From positions 1 through 64,000 of IMG/VR virus record IMGVR_UViG_3300020442_000006: a stretch of 64,000 bases of DNA. One strand, given 5' to 3'. Position 1 is the first letter of the stretch. Each line of letters begins with the position of its first letter. This DNA comes from a virus. The translations under genes and the position numbers were made by a program. This document shows positions 9,701 to 19,100 of the stretch, one piece after another. Below the pieces are notes generated by a model. The model was not told the origin of the DNA, searched no databases, and worked only from the letters and a program-made list of their open reading frames with translations.

Positions 9701-12615
9701 CTAAACTCAACAGTATCACCAGAGTTAAGTTTACCGATGTATAGATCGTCACCGATGTGAAGGTCGGTAGCAATACCTGCACCACCATAGACTCTCAAGT
9801 TAGAGTTGTTATGTGTAGCGTAGGAAGGAGTATATGCAGCAGTTGTACCAGTTCTAAACTTATATCGTACTCTCAAGTAGTTCTGTGTACTGAATGTTTC
9901 AGTCGCAGTACCTTGGTCTTTCTGGTTGATAGCACCGTTGATATAGATGTCATTATTGAATAGAGTATCTCCTTCAATGTAACCACCACCATCAAATCTA
10001 AATGCACCGTAGTCACCACCACTGATAACAAAGTTATTGTTACCGTCAGTAGAGATTGTAGGTGTATCGTTATCTTCAAGATATACAAACTGAGCAACGT
10101 TTAGAGTTCCTTCAATATCAGTGTTACCATTTGTGCTAGTAACTTGGAACTTATTGACAGAACCATTTGTAATGGTCAGTGTCTTACCAGTTGTATCGAG
10201 AAGAATATTATTATGGAAGGTTGAGTTACCATCAACATCCAATTCAGCATTCAATGTTGTGTTGTTGTCAACATCAAGAGTGCTGTTGAATGTGACACCA
10301 CCGTCAACATCAAGAGTACCATCACTGTGTGCATTACCATTATCTGTATCAATATCGAATACAGATGTACCACCTGCGGTTTTAATCTCAAACTTTTTAT
10401 TGTCCGCCTGAACGATCAGGTTATCAGTAATTTTGGTCTCTAGTTGTACATCAAGAGTACCTTCGATAACTGTGTTACCTGTGTCAGTATCAACTGTAAA
10501 CTTATCTACACCTGCTGCAGTCTGAATCTTAAAGTCTTCGTTATCAGATTTGATAAGAAGAGTATCATTAATTTCTGTCTGACCTGCGATTGTTACTTCA
10601 CCGCCGATATGTGCGTTCTCAGAAAGACCAAAACCACCAGTAACTACAAGTGTACCTGTGGTAGTTGATGTAGATCCAGTGTTTGTAGTTAGAGAAAGAG
10701 CACCTGCTTTGATGTATGCATCAGTTCCAGTAAATGTCTCACTGCTGTTTGTTGCATTATAAAGGAATGCATAACCACCAGTACCAGAATCAAGACGTGT
10801 TAGATCCTCATCCCATCCAAAGAAACCAACTCTTGCCTGTGAATCATAGTATTTGAACTCAATACCACGATCTAGACCATCGTCAGATGAAGGTGCAGTG
10901 TCTCCACCAAGGGTAAAGATAGGATCATCAATAGTAACAGTCGTGCTGTTAACAGTTGTTGTAGTTCCATCGACCTGCAAATCACCCCAAACTCTAACTG
11001 TACCTGTGTTTGCTCTGTCATCACCAGGATCAAGGTGAAGAGTTGCGTTAGTCGTAGCAATATAGTTCTCTTGAATTCTAGCATCTTCAATCCAAATCTT
11101 ACCTGCAGCATCAGTTGCAGTGATCTGTACTGTATCTTCTGCTGTAATGATTACATTAGAAGTTCCTGATCCTGCGTTAGTAGCAAGAATATTGAGGTTT
11201 CTATTTGAAGCAGAGTCTTGTGTTGTCTGGAATGTTAGATGACCATCTCCAGTCTTATCCAGTGTCTGATCAACTGTTCCATCAAGAGTAATATCAGGAT
11301 CAGAAAAATAGGAACGGACGTTAACATCAACCTCACCAGACCCACCGTCGCCTGTATTATTAGCGCCAAACAGTAGGTTGCCACTAGTGTCATTAACTTT
11401 AACATAATTCAGATAGTTGAAACCACGATACCCTGATGTGGCAGTCAGTTCGTTGTCAAGTTCAAATGTTTCTAGAGTATTTCCGTCTGCAAATCCAACT
11501 ACATTATTTTGAAGTTGTGTATTGTCAACTGCTGCGGCGGCAATGGTGACGTGCCCGTTGCTGTCAACGTCGAAATCTTCCTGTGCAAATGATGCCAGTC
11601 CTTTCTGCTCCGTCGCTTCAGCCGCGAGGTAGCGCCAACCTCCATTATCGCCAGAGGTATGAGTAGGAGCACCAAGACCACTCCCAAGGTCTTGAAGTGC
11701 TTGGTAAACTTTCGATGCGTTCGTGATGATGTCATATCTGCTGTACGAAGTACCTGCATCATATGATGGCATCTTTGTGCCTTCAGTTGCTGTAGCAATA
11801 GGCACAGTTAAGGCAGCGGTCAAACGACCGTACCTGTCTACAGTAAATTTGGTAGCATTGACAGTTTCACTAGAAGCATTTCCAGTAACGGATGTCAGCG
11901 ATTCCGTATTATATGAACCAACGACCACTGCAGTATCTGCAAGATCGATGAATGGGTTTTGAGATGTTCCGTCAGGAACTGTGAATATAATTCTTCCTCC
12001 ACCACCAGTTAATTGTCTGGTAAGAATATTTCCTTGCGATGCACGAACAAGAATACCAACGTTCGTAAGTTGAGCAAGTGATGTTAGATCATCATCTAAT
12101 TCCTGAGCATCAGTAATACCATAGTCAGCAAGTGTAGATGCAAGTTCAGCACCAACCACACGACCCTGTGAGTTAACTCTAACTCTTGTATAGAGTGCTT
12201 CAGCAGAAGGGTTAGCAGGATCATAGTGAGGCAAACTCGTCATAAGTGACAAGTCTGTGTTCAATGTCAAGTTGGATGATCCATCAAAGGAACCTGATCC
12301 AGTAACCTGACCTGAAAGTTGAATTTGACGTGCGTTAGATAGTCTAGTGGCAGTTGAGGCATTACCAATAAGAGTCGCAGTAACAGCACCTGCTTGGAAG
12401 TTACCGTCAGCGTCCCTCTTTACAAGAGTGTTTGCAGCATTGGATTCTGTCTCCAATGGTCGCTCATATTTCAATGAGTTCCAAGGGGTAACACCGTCAC
12501 CGATTTTGATACGTGAAGTATCGATCTCGATTCCAAGTTCACCTTGTGCAAGGATTGGGTTGATGTTTGCCCACTGCTGAGCACCATCACGTCTTAGTTG
12601 GATTCTATTTGCCAT
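6712..12615 (-). CDS. long tail fibre protein (1967 aa)
   Basis: Mtd/hyaluronidase-like N-terminus (IQLRRD...NPILAQGELGIEIDTSRIKIGDG..PWNSLKY); Thr/Gly/Asn-rich beta repeats; position upstream of g13. Confidence 0.85.
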   Translation of the reverse strand: MANRIQLRRDGAQQWANINPILAQGELGIEIDTSRIKIGDGVTPWNSLKYERPLETESNAANTLVKRDADGNFQAGAVTATLIGNASTATRLSNARQIQLSGQVTGSGSFDGSSNLTLNTDLSLMTSLPHYDPANPSAEALYTRVRVNSQGRVVGAELASTLADYGITDAQELDDDLTSLAQLTNVGILVRASQGNILTRQLTGGGGRIIFTVPDGTSQNPFIDLADTAVVVGSYNTESLTSVTGNASSETVNATKFTVDRYGRLTAALTVPIATATEGTKMPSYDAGTSYSRYDIITNASKVYQALQDLGSGLGAPTHTSGDNGGWRYLAAEATEQKGLASFAQEDFDVDSNGHVTIAAAAVDNTQLQNNVVGFADGNTLETFELDNELTATSGYRGFNYLNYVKVNDTSGNLLFGANNTGDGGSGEVDVNVRSYFSDPDITLDGTVDQTLDKTGDGHLTFQTTQDSASNRNLNILATNAGSGTSNVIITAEDTVQITATDAAGKIWIEDARIQENYIATTNATLHLDPGDDRANTGTVRVWGDLQVDGTTTTVNSTTVTIDDPIFTLGGDTAPSSDDGLDRGIEFKYYDSQARVGFFGWDEDLTRLDSGTGGYAFLYNATNSSETFTGTDAYIKAGALSLTTNTGSTSTTTGTLVVTGGFGLSENAHIGGEVTIAGQTEINDTLLIKSDNEDFKIQTAAGVDKFTVDTDTGNTVIEGTLDVQLETKITDNLIVQADNKKFEIKTAGGTSVFDIDTDNGNAHSDGTLDVDGGVTFNSTLDVDNNTTLNAELDVDGNSTFHNNILLDTTGKTLTITNGSVNKFQVTSTNGNTDIEGTLNVAQFVYLEDNDTPTISTDGNNNFVISGGDYGAFRFDGGGYIEGDTLFNNDIYINGAINQKDQGTATETFSTQNYLRVRYKFRTGTTAAYTPSYATHNNSNLRVYGGAGIATDLHIGDDLYIGKLNSGDTVEFSVLGESGNTEIGRTGQGSSTAGTLTVHGDGTFNRNVAINGNTTVGNQNSDTLTVNAVSQFTDNVTIDGDLTVNTNTLIEGNLTVNGTTTTVNSTTTQLDDPVITLGGDTAPQSSDAKDRGVEFRYYDGSAKLGFFGWDNSASRFALYHNATNSSEAFAGTRSGIDAGSIKLFDTTNASNSGSGALIVGGGAGIGLDLYVGDDLIVTDDGSFGGNLSVTGTFDVTDDLAVNNNKFTVDAGTGNTQVAGTFGSSGAATLSSTLAVSSNTTIGGTLGVTNATTLSSTLAVTSNTTIGGTLDVDGATNVTNTFGATGIVSLTNNGSATTTGNYTGDGALRVTGGASIGQNLVVSNDVRIYGNSVIDGTVSYAGIQTYSEKARFNNNADAVSSSSNVASIFTAGGLAVSKKAYIGDDLDVGGGAFTVDGPTGTTAIGGNLGVTGNTTIATVTASGVADLQSTVTIGGNLAIGNNKFNVNSSNGNTDIDGSLDVLGATVIDDTLNVTQAVDFDSTLNVDGGTTLNAALVNNSTSLLKDDVILRGASKTLKLQNGNSQDKITLESTTGHVTMAGNLTTSGTGAFTDAVTMGNTLNVTGQITGNLTGDVTGTATNANNIDVNNTNNNTTFYPTFSSSNTGHTGMFVDSANLTYNPFSNTLSVTNFVSTTNFEVQGNLNITGNITFGQSQVGSIANHTTTALAEGTNLYFTNERVDDRVANLINGGTGITATYDDSGNMLTLSATQADINTDNITEGSTNLFTTAARTRSHFTYGTGIEHNGAGTISVTQSDINTDNITEGSTNIFYTNARFDTQLATKDTADLAEGTNLYYTNARADARIALQVGANLDISNQSTSDLSEGTNLYYTDARADARASAAITALGLGSAATTNSTAYATAAQGTLADSATQPGDLATVATSGSYNDLSNLPTLFSGAYSALTGKPTLGTAAATDSTAYATAAQGTKADANDTDIDDIYTQLVAIGNDNSITTVAQLKTALLALARS
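7110..7645 (-). repeat. five T.DL.EG.TNLY.T..R peptide repeats near the fibre C-terminus
   Basis: ALAEGTNLYFTNERV, NITEGSTNLFTTAAR, NITEGSTNIFYTNAR, DLAEGTNLYYTNAR, DLSEGTNLYYTDAR. Confidence 0.85.
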
Positions 12616-12665
12616 TGTTTAACACACGTGGGGTATCCGATTACGGAGATAGTCTGCCTCTCAGA

Positions 12666-12673
12666 TATTTATA
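12666..12673 (-). promoter_or_regulatory. T4-type late promoter (TATAAATA)
   Basis: Perfect consensus about 50 nt upstream of the tail fibre ATG, just downstream of a terminator. Confidence 0.85.
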
Positions 12674-12680
12674 CGCAAAT

Positions 12681-12701
12681 AAAAAGGACCCTTTCGGGTC
12701 C
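12681..12701 (-). terminator. rho-independent terminator
   Basis: Minus strand GGACCC-GAAA-GGGTCC followed by TTTTT. Confidence 0.9.
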
Positions 12702-12706
12702 AGGGT

Positions 12707-12934
12707 TTATGCAGCGTCTACGTTATCCACTTCGGGTCCAGTGTCCGCTTCTTCTCCTTTACCGAGGCAGTATTCTAAAGTTTCGATAGCACCTTGAAGT
12801 TTAAGTGCTTGTTGTTCATTTGCGCGAATCATCTTCGCCATTCTTTGATTATCTTCAATGAGACGCTTGTAACGTTCTTGAAAATCGCCAAGAAGTTTAT
12901 CTTGGTCAACTGATTCAGGTTGATCTGCAGGCAT
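12707..12934 (-). CDS. small coiled-coil protein
   Basis: Heptad-like YKRLIEDNQRMAKMIRANEQQALKLQGAIETLEY; start overlaps the upstream stop. Confidence 0.7.
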   Translation of the reverse strand: MPADQPESVDQDKLLGDFQERYKRLIEDNQRMAKMIRANEQQALKLQGAIETLEYCLGKGEEADTGPEVDNVDAA

Positions 12935-13155
12935 TACTTTTGCTCCAATAATGTTTTCAGTAAGGTTTTGATTTCCGACATATCTGATTTTAGCACATCT
13001 ACGTCAGATTTCAAGTTATCGATGGTTTCATCCTTCCTTTTCCGCGCTTTAGCAGCGGTCCCAGGAGGTGTGGGTTTTGTATTTAGTATCGCTTTAGAGG
13101 TGGAATCCCGAACTAAATCGGGATGACCTTTAACGGGAATGTAATCAGAGGTCAC
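12934..13155 (-). CDS. conserved T4-like small protein with C-terminal coiled coil
   Basis: VKGHPDLVRD..SKAILN...LKSDVDVLKSDMSEIKTLL; overlaps the VrlC stop. Confidence 0.75.
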   Translation of the reverse strand: MTSDYIPVKGHPDLVRDSTSKAILNTKPTPPGTAAKARKRKDETIDNLKSDVDVLKSDMSEIKTLLKTLLEQK

Positions 13156-16100
13156 TTAATGCCATTACGCGAAGGTTTTTAAGTTCAGGAACATACGCTT
13201 GGTTCTTAGAGGTCATAATAATTTTGATCTGTGCAGAACTAAACTCGGTTCCTTCGAATGTGTATTCGAGGTCACGATAGAGAATGCCTTCTGTCTTAGG
13301 AACAGTTTTGTCTTCCTTACCGTTACCGTTAAAATATGTATAACCGATCTCATCAAATGTCAGTGAGGTGCCCACAGGCAACGTACGGTACATTACGTGA
13401 ATTTCGGTATCAGGGTGTCTCCACGCTTCGAATGAAACTCTCAAGGAGTTTGCAGGTTGAAGCAGGTTCATAACCTTGGAGATGTAAACAGCAGCGTTCA
13501 AATCACCTGTTCTGTCCTCAGCATTTGAGTTAGCAGGACTGATTTCATTGATTCTGTTTGAAGTTGTAATGAGTGAACAACGGTCACGGTCAACAATAGG
13601 TGACACGTTTGCGTTTTGTGTACTCAACAACAACTGGAATGCCAATGACTTAGAACCAGATAGTTTAGCATCTTCGTTAACTTGTGAACAAACCATCTTG
13701 GGGAATCCAAGGTAGTTGTCTTCGTTAGAAATACAATCGATGTAAACACCATCATTGATGAATGATGCTTCGCTTGTATTGTTACCATCCAAGAGAGAGG
13801 TTGCTGAAACAACGTTGATTCTAGGATTAACTTCTGTCTCAGGATAAACAGTCATCTGAATCTGAGGATAGAACTGTTCAAACTGGACGTTTTGTGTTGC
13901 TGTAACATCTGATCCACCGTTTCTAATACCATTGCTAGACACAGATGTAACTGCAATCTTGTAAGTATCGAGTGTAGGTGAACCAATCTGAGTGTGAAGT
14001 TTGTTGATCTCAACCAATGGAATACCATCAAGGTTGTAGCACTCAACAATAGTGTTCGCATTGTGAATCAGAGCAGCAGTTCCTGACTGACCACGAGAAC
14101 CTGAAGGTAGAGTTAGGATCTTACCATCACCAGAGATGCCATTGTACTGGACGATCTCAAAGTGTTTCTGTCCAACATCAGGATCGCGAAGAATAATATA
14201 ACCAGGGTTACTGGTAGAAACTGCAGCACCATTAATAAGAGTATGGAAGGCAGCAGCATCAGCAACGTGTAACTGGAAAGTACCAGACACACCATCAGAT
14301 GCAGTGATTCCATTTGTATGATATGCAGAGTCAATAACTGTTGGTGAAACTTCAGAAATTACACCTTCAATCTTCACGTTGTTTGCAACATCGTGCATAC
14401 AGTGGTTAGCGTGATGAATAGTAACTTCAGTCGCTTTGTTAAAGTATGAGATAGGAGCAGAAGCATAATCATTAATATCGTCACCACTTAGTGCGACACC
14501 AGATGAACCGATAGTACCAGAACCAGTTGTAGTTGCGTTGATTGTCTGAGTGATAGGATCAGCATCAGAGAATGTACCTGTAACTGACTTGATAGTCAAG
14601 ATACCTGAACCTGCATTCCAAGCAGTAACCATACCAGATGCACCACTACCATTCGTAACTGGTTCGTCAACAGTAAATGTACCTGTGACACCAGTTAGAG
14701 TGAGGTTAGCGATAGATCTAGATGATACCAATCTGTAGATATAATTCTGTCCAGATGCAACACCTTCTCTAAATTCACCTGCAACATCATCGACAATGAT
14801 GTAAGCGTTAGATGAACCTGAGATACCTTGAACAACTTCTCTAACGATCGCAGAAGGAACTGGGTTTGTATCAGTCTGAGTAAGTTCAGCACCGATAGTA
14901 AAGTTAGCAACGTGATCAGAAAGAATAATCTTAAGTTGTGGTTTCAGTGTTTCGATAGGATTGTGACGCAATCTACTAATACCACCGTTACCAATAGCAA
15001 GTTGAGCGTTATTGAATACAGCAGTACCAGTTGAGTTTGGTGAGAACTCTGCCTTATGAAGGATAAACTTAAGATCCTCATACTGGTCAGCAGTCCAAGT
15101 AGAAGCGTTCTGTGATTTGAAGAGCACACCTGCATATGGTTGCTCAGAGATCGTTCTATCGTTTGTAATATCGTCTTCACCCATTCTGGAGATCCAGAGT
15201 TTGTATTCGTTGGAGTCAGAAAGAACAACCAAACAGTATTCTCTGTTCTCTGTCACATAGACAGGTGATGGGAATGTAAACTTAGTAGAGACTGTTCCAT
15301 TTTCAGATAGATTGATCTGTGAAGGAAGAAGTGTAACGTCAGAGAATGCAAGAACTTTAGTGGTTGGATAACCATTTGCCATCTCTCTAACCTGTACAGA
15401 TACTGGGATTCTTTCATCCTTAGTATTGAAGTACAGTTCAGCACCAGTCAAGAATGCACCACCCTTAGACTCAACCAAGAAGGACTGAGCAAGAGGGTCA
15501 TACCAACCTGTGTCTCTGGTTGATGTACTTGAACTGTTAACAGTTCTGTCTTGAGTAACGGTGTCTCTAACAACGTCAGCGTTTCTAACAGCAAGGATAG
15601 TTGTCTGTTTAGTCTCGATAACACCAGATGCAACATAGTTTGCAGACGCAGCAGAGTCAACCTGACCAGGAACTCTAGAGTCAGTTGGTGAAGTTGTAAG
15701 ACGGATGACACGTGTACCTGTAGCAAATCTTGGGTTGGTATCAACGCCAGGATTAGGAATCCACATAATACCTTCAAGGTCACCGTTGGTGTTAGCAACA
15801 AGACGCTTAGTCTTAACAACAGCACGAGCACCAGAAGTTTGACCAACAAGGATCTCACCTTCTAGAGGGTTACCATAATATTCACCTGCAACGGTCTCCG
15901 ACATAATCTTAGTGTCGATATTAAGGAGAGGCGTTGTTGAAGCATAGGAACTAGGAAGTTCGCTAGAGTCATAGGGGTTCAGATCGTCATCAAAACCAGT
16001 ATTAGGATCCATTAACTTAAGATGACATCCAGATGACTGTCCAACAGCGGTCTCTCCTACAACGAAAGGAGTATTGTTTGTTCTTGTATCATCAACAGGA

Positions 16101-19100
16101 TTCTTAATAACTTCGAGCAATCGAGGCGTTGTGTAGAAATTAACATTAACGTTATCGATGAAAGCATAGAATCTTGTATTTGGTTTCAGACGCTGAATCT
16201 TAAATGCAATGTTTCTTGATCTAATGAACGGAATAACTGTACGCTCAATAACTCTATCACCAAGAGACTGACGATCAATTCTAGGAACAACGTTAGTTCT
16301 AATACCTGCTCTAGATTGTGATGAAACTGTGGTAGTAGTGTTAGTAAAGATTCTTCTGATAAACGGCCAGGAACCTCTTCTCATAAACTGCTGAGATGAA
16401 GAACTGCTGCTAGAAGACCAGTTAGTTCTCCAAGAGTTCCACTGTGTAGGAACAAAACCTGTATTAGTGTCACCACCAAGTGCTTGAACCTGTGCAGTGA
16501 AGTCACCTTCAATGTTCACAACTCTATCAGGTTCTCTCTCTTCTGACACCCAGTCATCGGATGATGGGAATAGATCCAATCTACCAATATAAGCAAACAC
16601 GTTGAATGGGTTTACATTCTCAACTCGTGATGCATATGGTTGAACAATAAACTGAATTTCATTATATGGAAGAGTCAGTGTACCAACTGAGTGGTTAGTA
16701 ATACCTGCAGAAGCGGTATCGTTATACTCAAGAGATACGTTTGTTGTATAGTGAGATGCTCTCAAGATACCTTCAGAGAAGTCAAGAGCACAAGCAAAGT
16801 CTTCGTGTCTAGTTTGAGCAGAATCAAATGATGAGAAGTTGTCAACTAGGAATCCATTCTTGAACTTATCGAAACCGTCAGCATCCTTAACAGAGAATGA
16901 TGCAGTTTCCATCTCAAGCATATTAAGAGATGTATAGTATTCAAGGTTATCAACTCTCTTTTCAATCTTACCGATGTCACGCATTGTGAAACGACGGTTG
17001 TTCTCTCTAGAGATTCTTACATCAGCAGGACTGTAACCATATGGTTTGTGGAAGAATGTTGCAAGCAACATTGCATTGTCCAAATCAGAAGGAAGTTCTT
17101 GACCTTCGCCAGAGATACCTTTAACAACTTTGAATTGTTGCTGATCAGTTAAGAATAGTTTATCAACTCTACCTAAGAAATAATCGTAGTCACAACGGAA
17201 GTCTGATTCTGGTTTTGGAATATCAATAACCGTAGCGTTGTTTGCAACACCACCAGAAGAGAATCCTCTGTCTTTGAAGTCAAGTGATGCACAGTTTACA
17301 TAGTAAGGTGATGAAACAGTACCAGATCCTGAAAGAACAGGAGTAACAGCAGGTCTGAAATCAAGAACATCTCTAAGTTCTTTTGTTACACCATTCTCTG
17401 TGAATGCAGGAATCTTACCGTAGTCAATACCAACATAAGATTGTGCAGCAAAATAGTCACCCGTTGCTTCGTGGGTGAATCTATCAAACACAATCATCAA
17501 CTTACGAAGTGGTTTGGTTGATCCTGCATACCTTACCAACTTAGAAATATCATAGAAGTGACCTTTCTGGTTAGGATCAAGGAAGAAGTCTGACGTAATG
17601 TTCTTAGATCCATTATTGATGCTGCCCTCAGCATCGTTAATTAGACCACTAATAACTTCATCATTAGCATCAAAACCACGAACAGTTTCACCTAAGAAGA
17701 ACTGATTATTGTTTTCATATACAAAATGACAGACATAAGACACAGCGTTGAAGTTTACAACACGTGCTTTTGCTTTAGATGTCTGACCTTCAATGATAGT
17801 ACCTTCTTTGAAGATAGTTGCGTCTTGCATCTGCAAGTTAGGAATCACTGCTGCTTCATTATCAGTTGATTCGTAAATAGCGTGAATATTATAAACGTCT
17901 GTTGATCCAAGTGAAATCTCTTCGTCTTCAATACGGGTTCCATACAATGAACCATATGTAAGACCATACTTAACTCTATCAGATGAATTACTGGTTCTCT
18001 CAACCTTCATAACTTCCATCTGAGTGGCGTTCTTCAACTTCTTCTCTGCTTGGTTTTTAGAGATAGAAGCGATCAAACGACAAGATGTAACACCTGTCAA
18101 ACCAGAAACAGTCAATGATGTTCTAGGAGTACCAGTGCTGTTAAATGCAAGGTTAGATTCGATGTCAATCAGTGTACCTGGGGTAGGTGCAAGAGACACC
18201 AACTGATAGTGATCCTTATCATATGCAAGGAACTGTTCATCAGCAGGTAGAGAGATCGTAAAGTCGTTAGCACCAGTAACTGTGATGTCATCAAAAGAAC
18301 GTGCAACGATTGCAGATTCATCACTAATATTATTGATAGATTCTTTAGGCATCTCGATCATAAGATCGGCAGTCTCTCTATCAAAGATTTGAGGACGCAA
18401 TCTAACTAAGAATCCATAATCACCTGCAGGAATATTATTGCTAGAGTAAGTAGCAGTGATTGCATTTGTGATCTTATTATCAATATTGGTTGATGCAGTG
18501 CTGATTCTATCAATAGTAAGTGAGTTTACACCATTCTGAGTGAAGATGTCATTCGGTCTGACATCCAATGTGAAGTTAGATTGTGTACCAGTCAATGTAC
18601 CAGTAGCACCACCAGAACTAACATTGAAGTTAGTACCAAGAATAACAACCTGAGAATCCATCATCAGGTCAGCAGCAAATCTAATATTGTTTGTATCTGG
18701 ATCTCTACCGATCATTGAACGTGCATCAGTAACCTCAAATGCAAAGTGATCGCTTAGAGTACCGATTTCAATACCATCACGCTCAAGAATCTCCCCATTT
18801 CTGAATGTACCATAAACCTGATACACCTTGAACATCGATCCACCAGAAACATCTGCTTCAACAAATGCTTTTGCCTTAGAAGTTCTACCTCTAATAACGT
18901 GACCCTGAGTAAGTGTAACCGCAGCATCAGTCTTAAAGATTGTTAGAGGTTGTAGGTCAAAAACGTATGCTTTGAAAATTGTATTAGTTGCATTTACAGT
19001 TGTACCACTGTGATATTCAAACGCAGCGATACGACCAAGTGCAACAATCTGTCCATTACTAGAGAGACTACTGCCTTGTGCTTGATCTCTGAACTCAACA

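Noticed and set aside
6712-12615. Diversity-generating retroelement, suggested by the Mtd-like fibre N-terminus
   Set aside because: No reverse transcriptase and no template/variable repeat pair differing at adenines is visible in the window.
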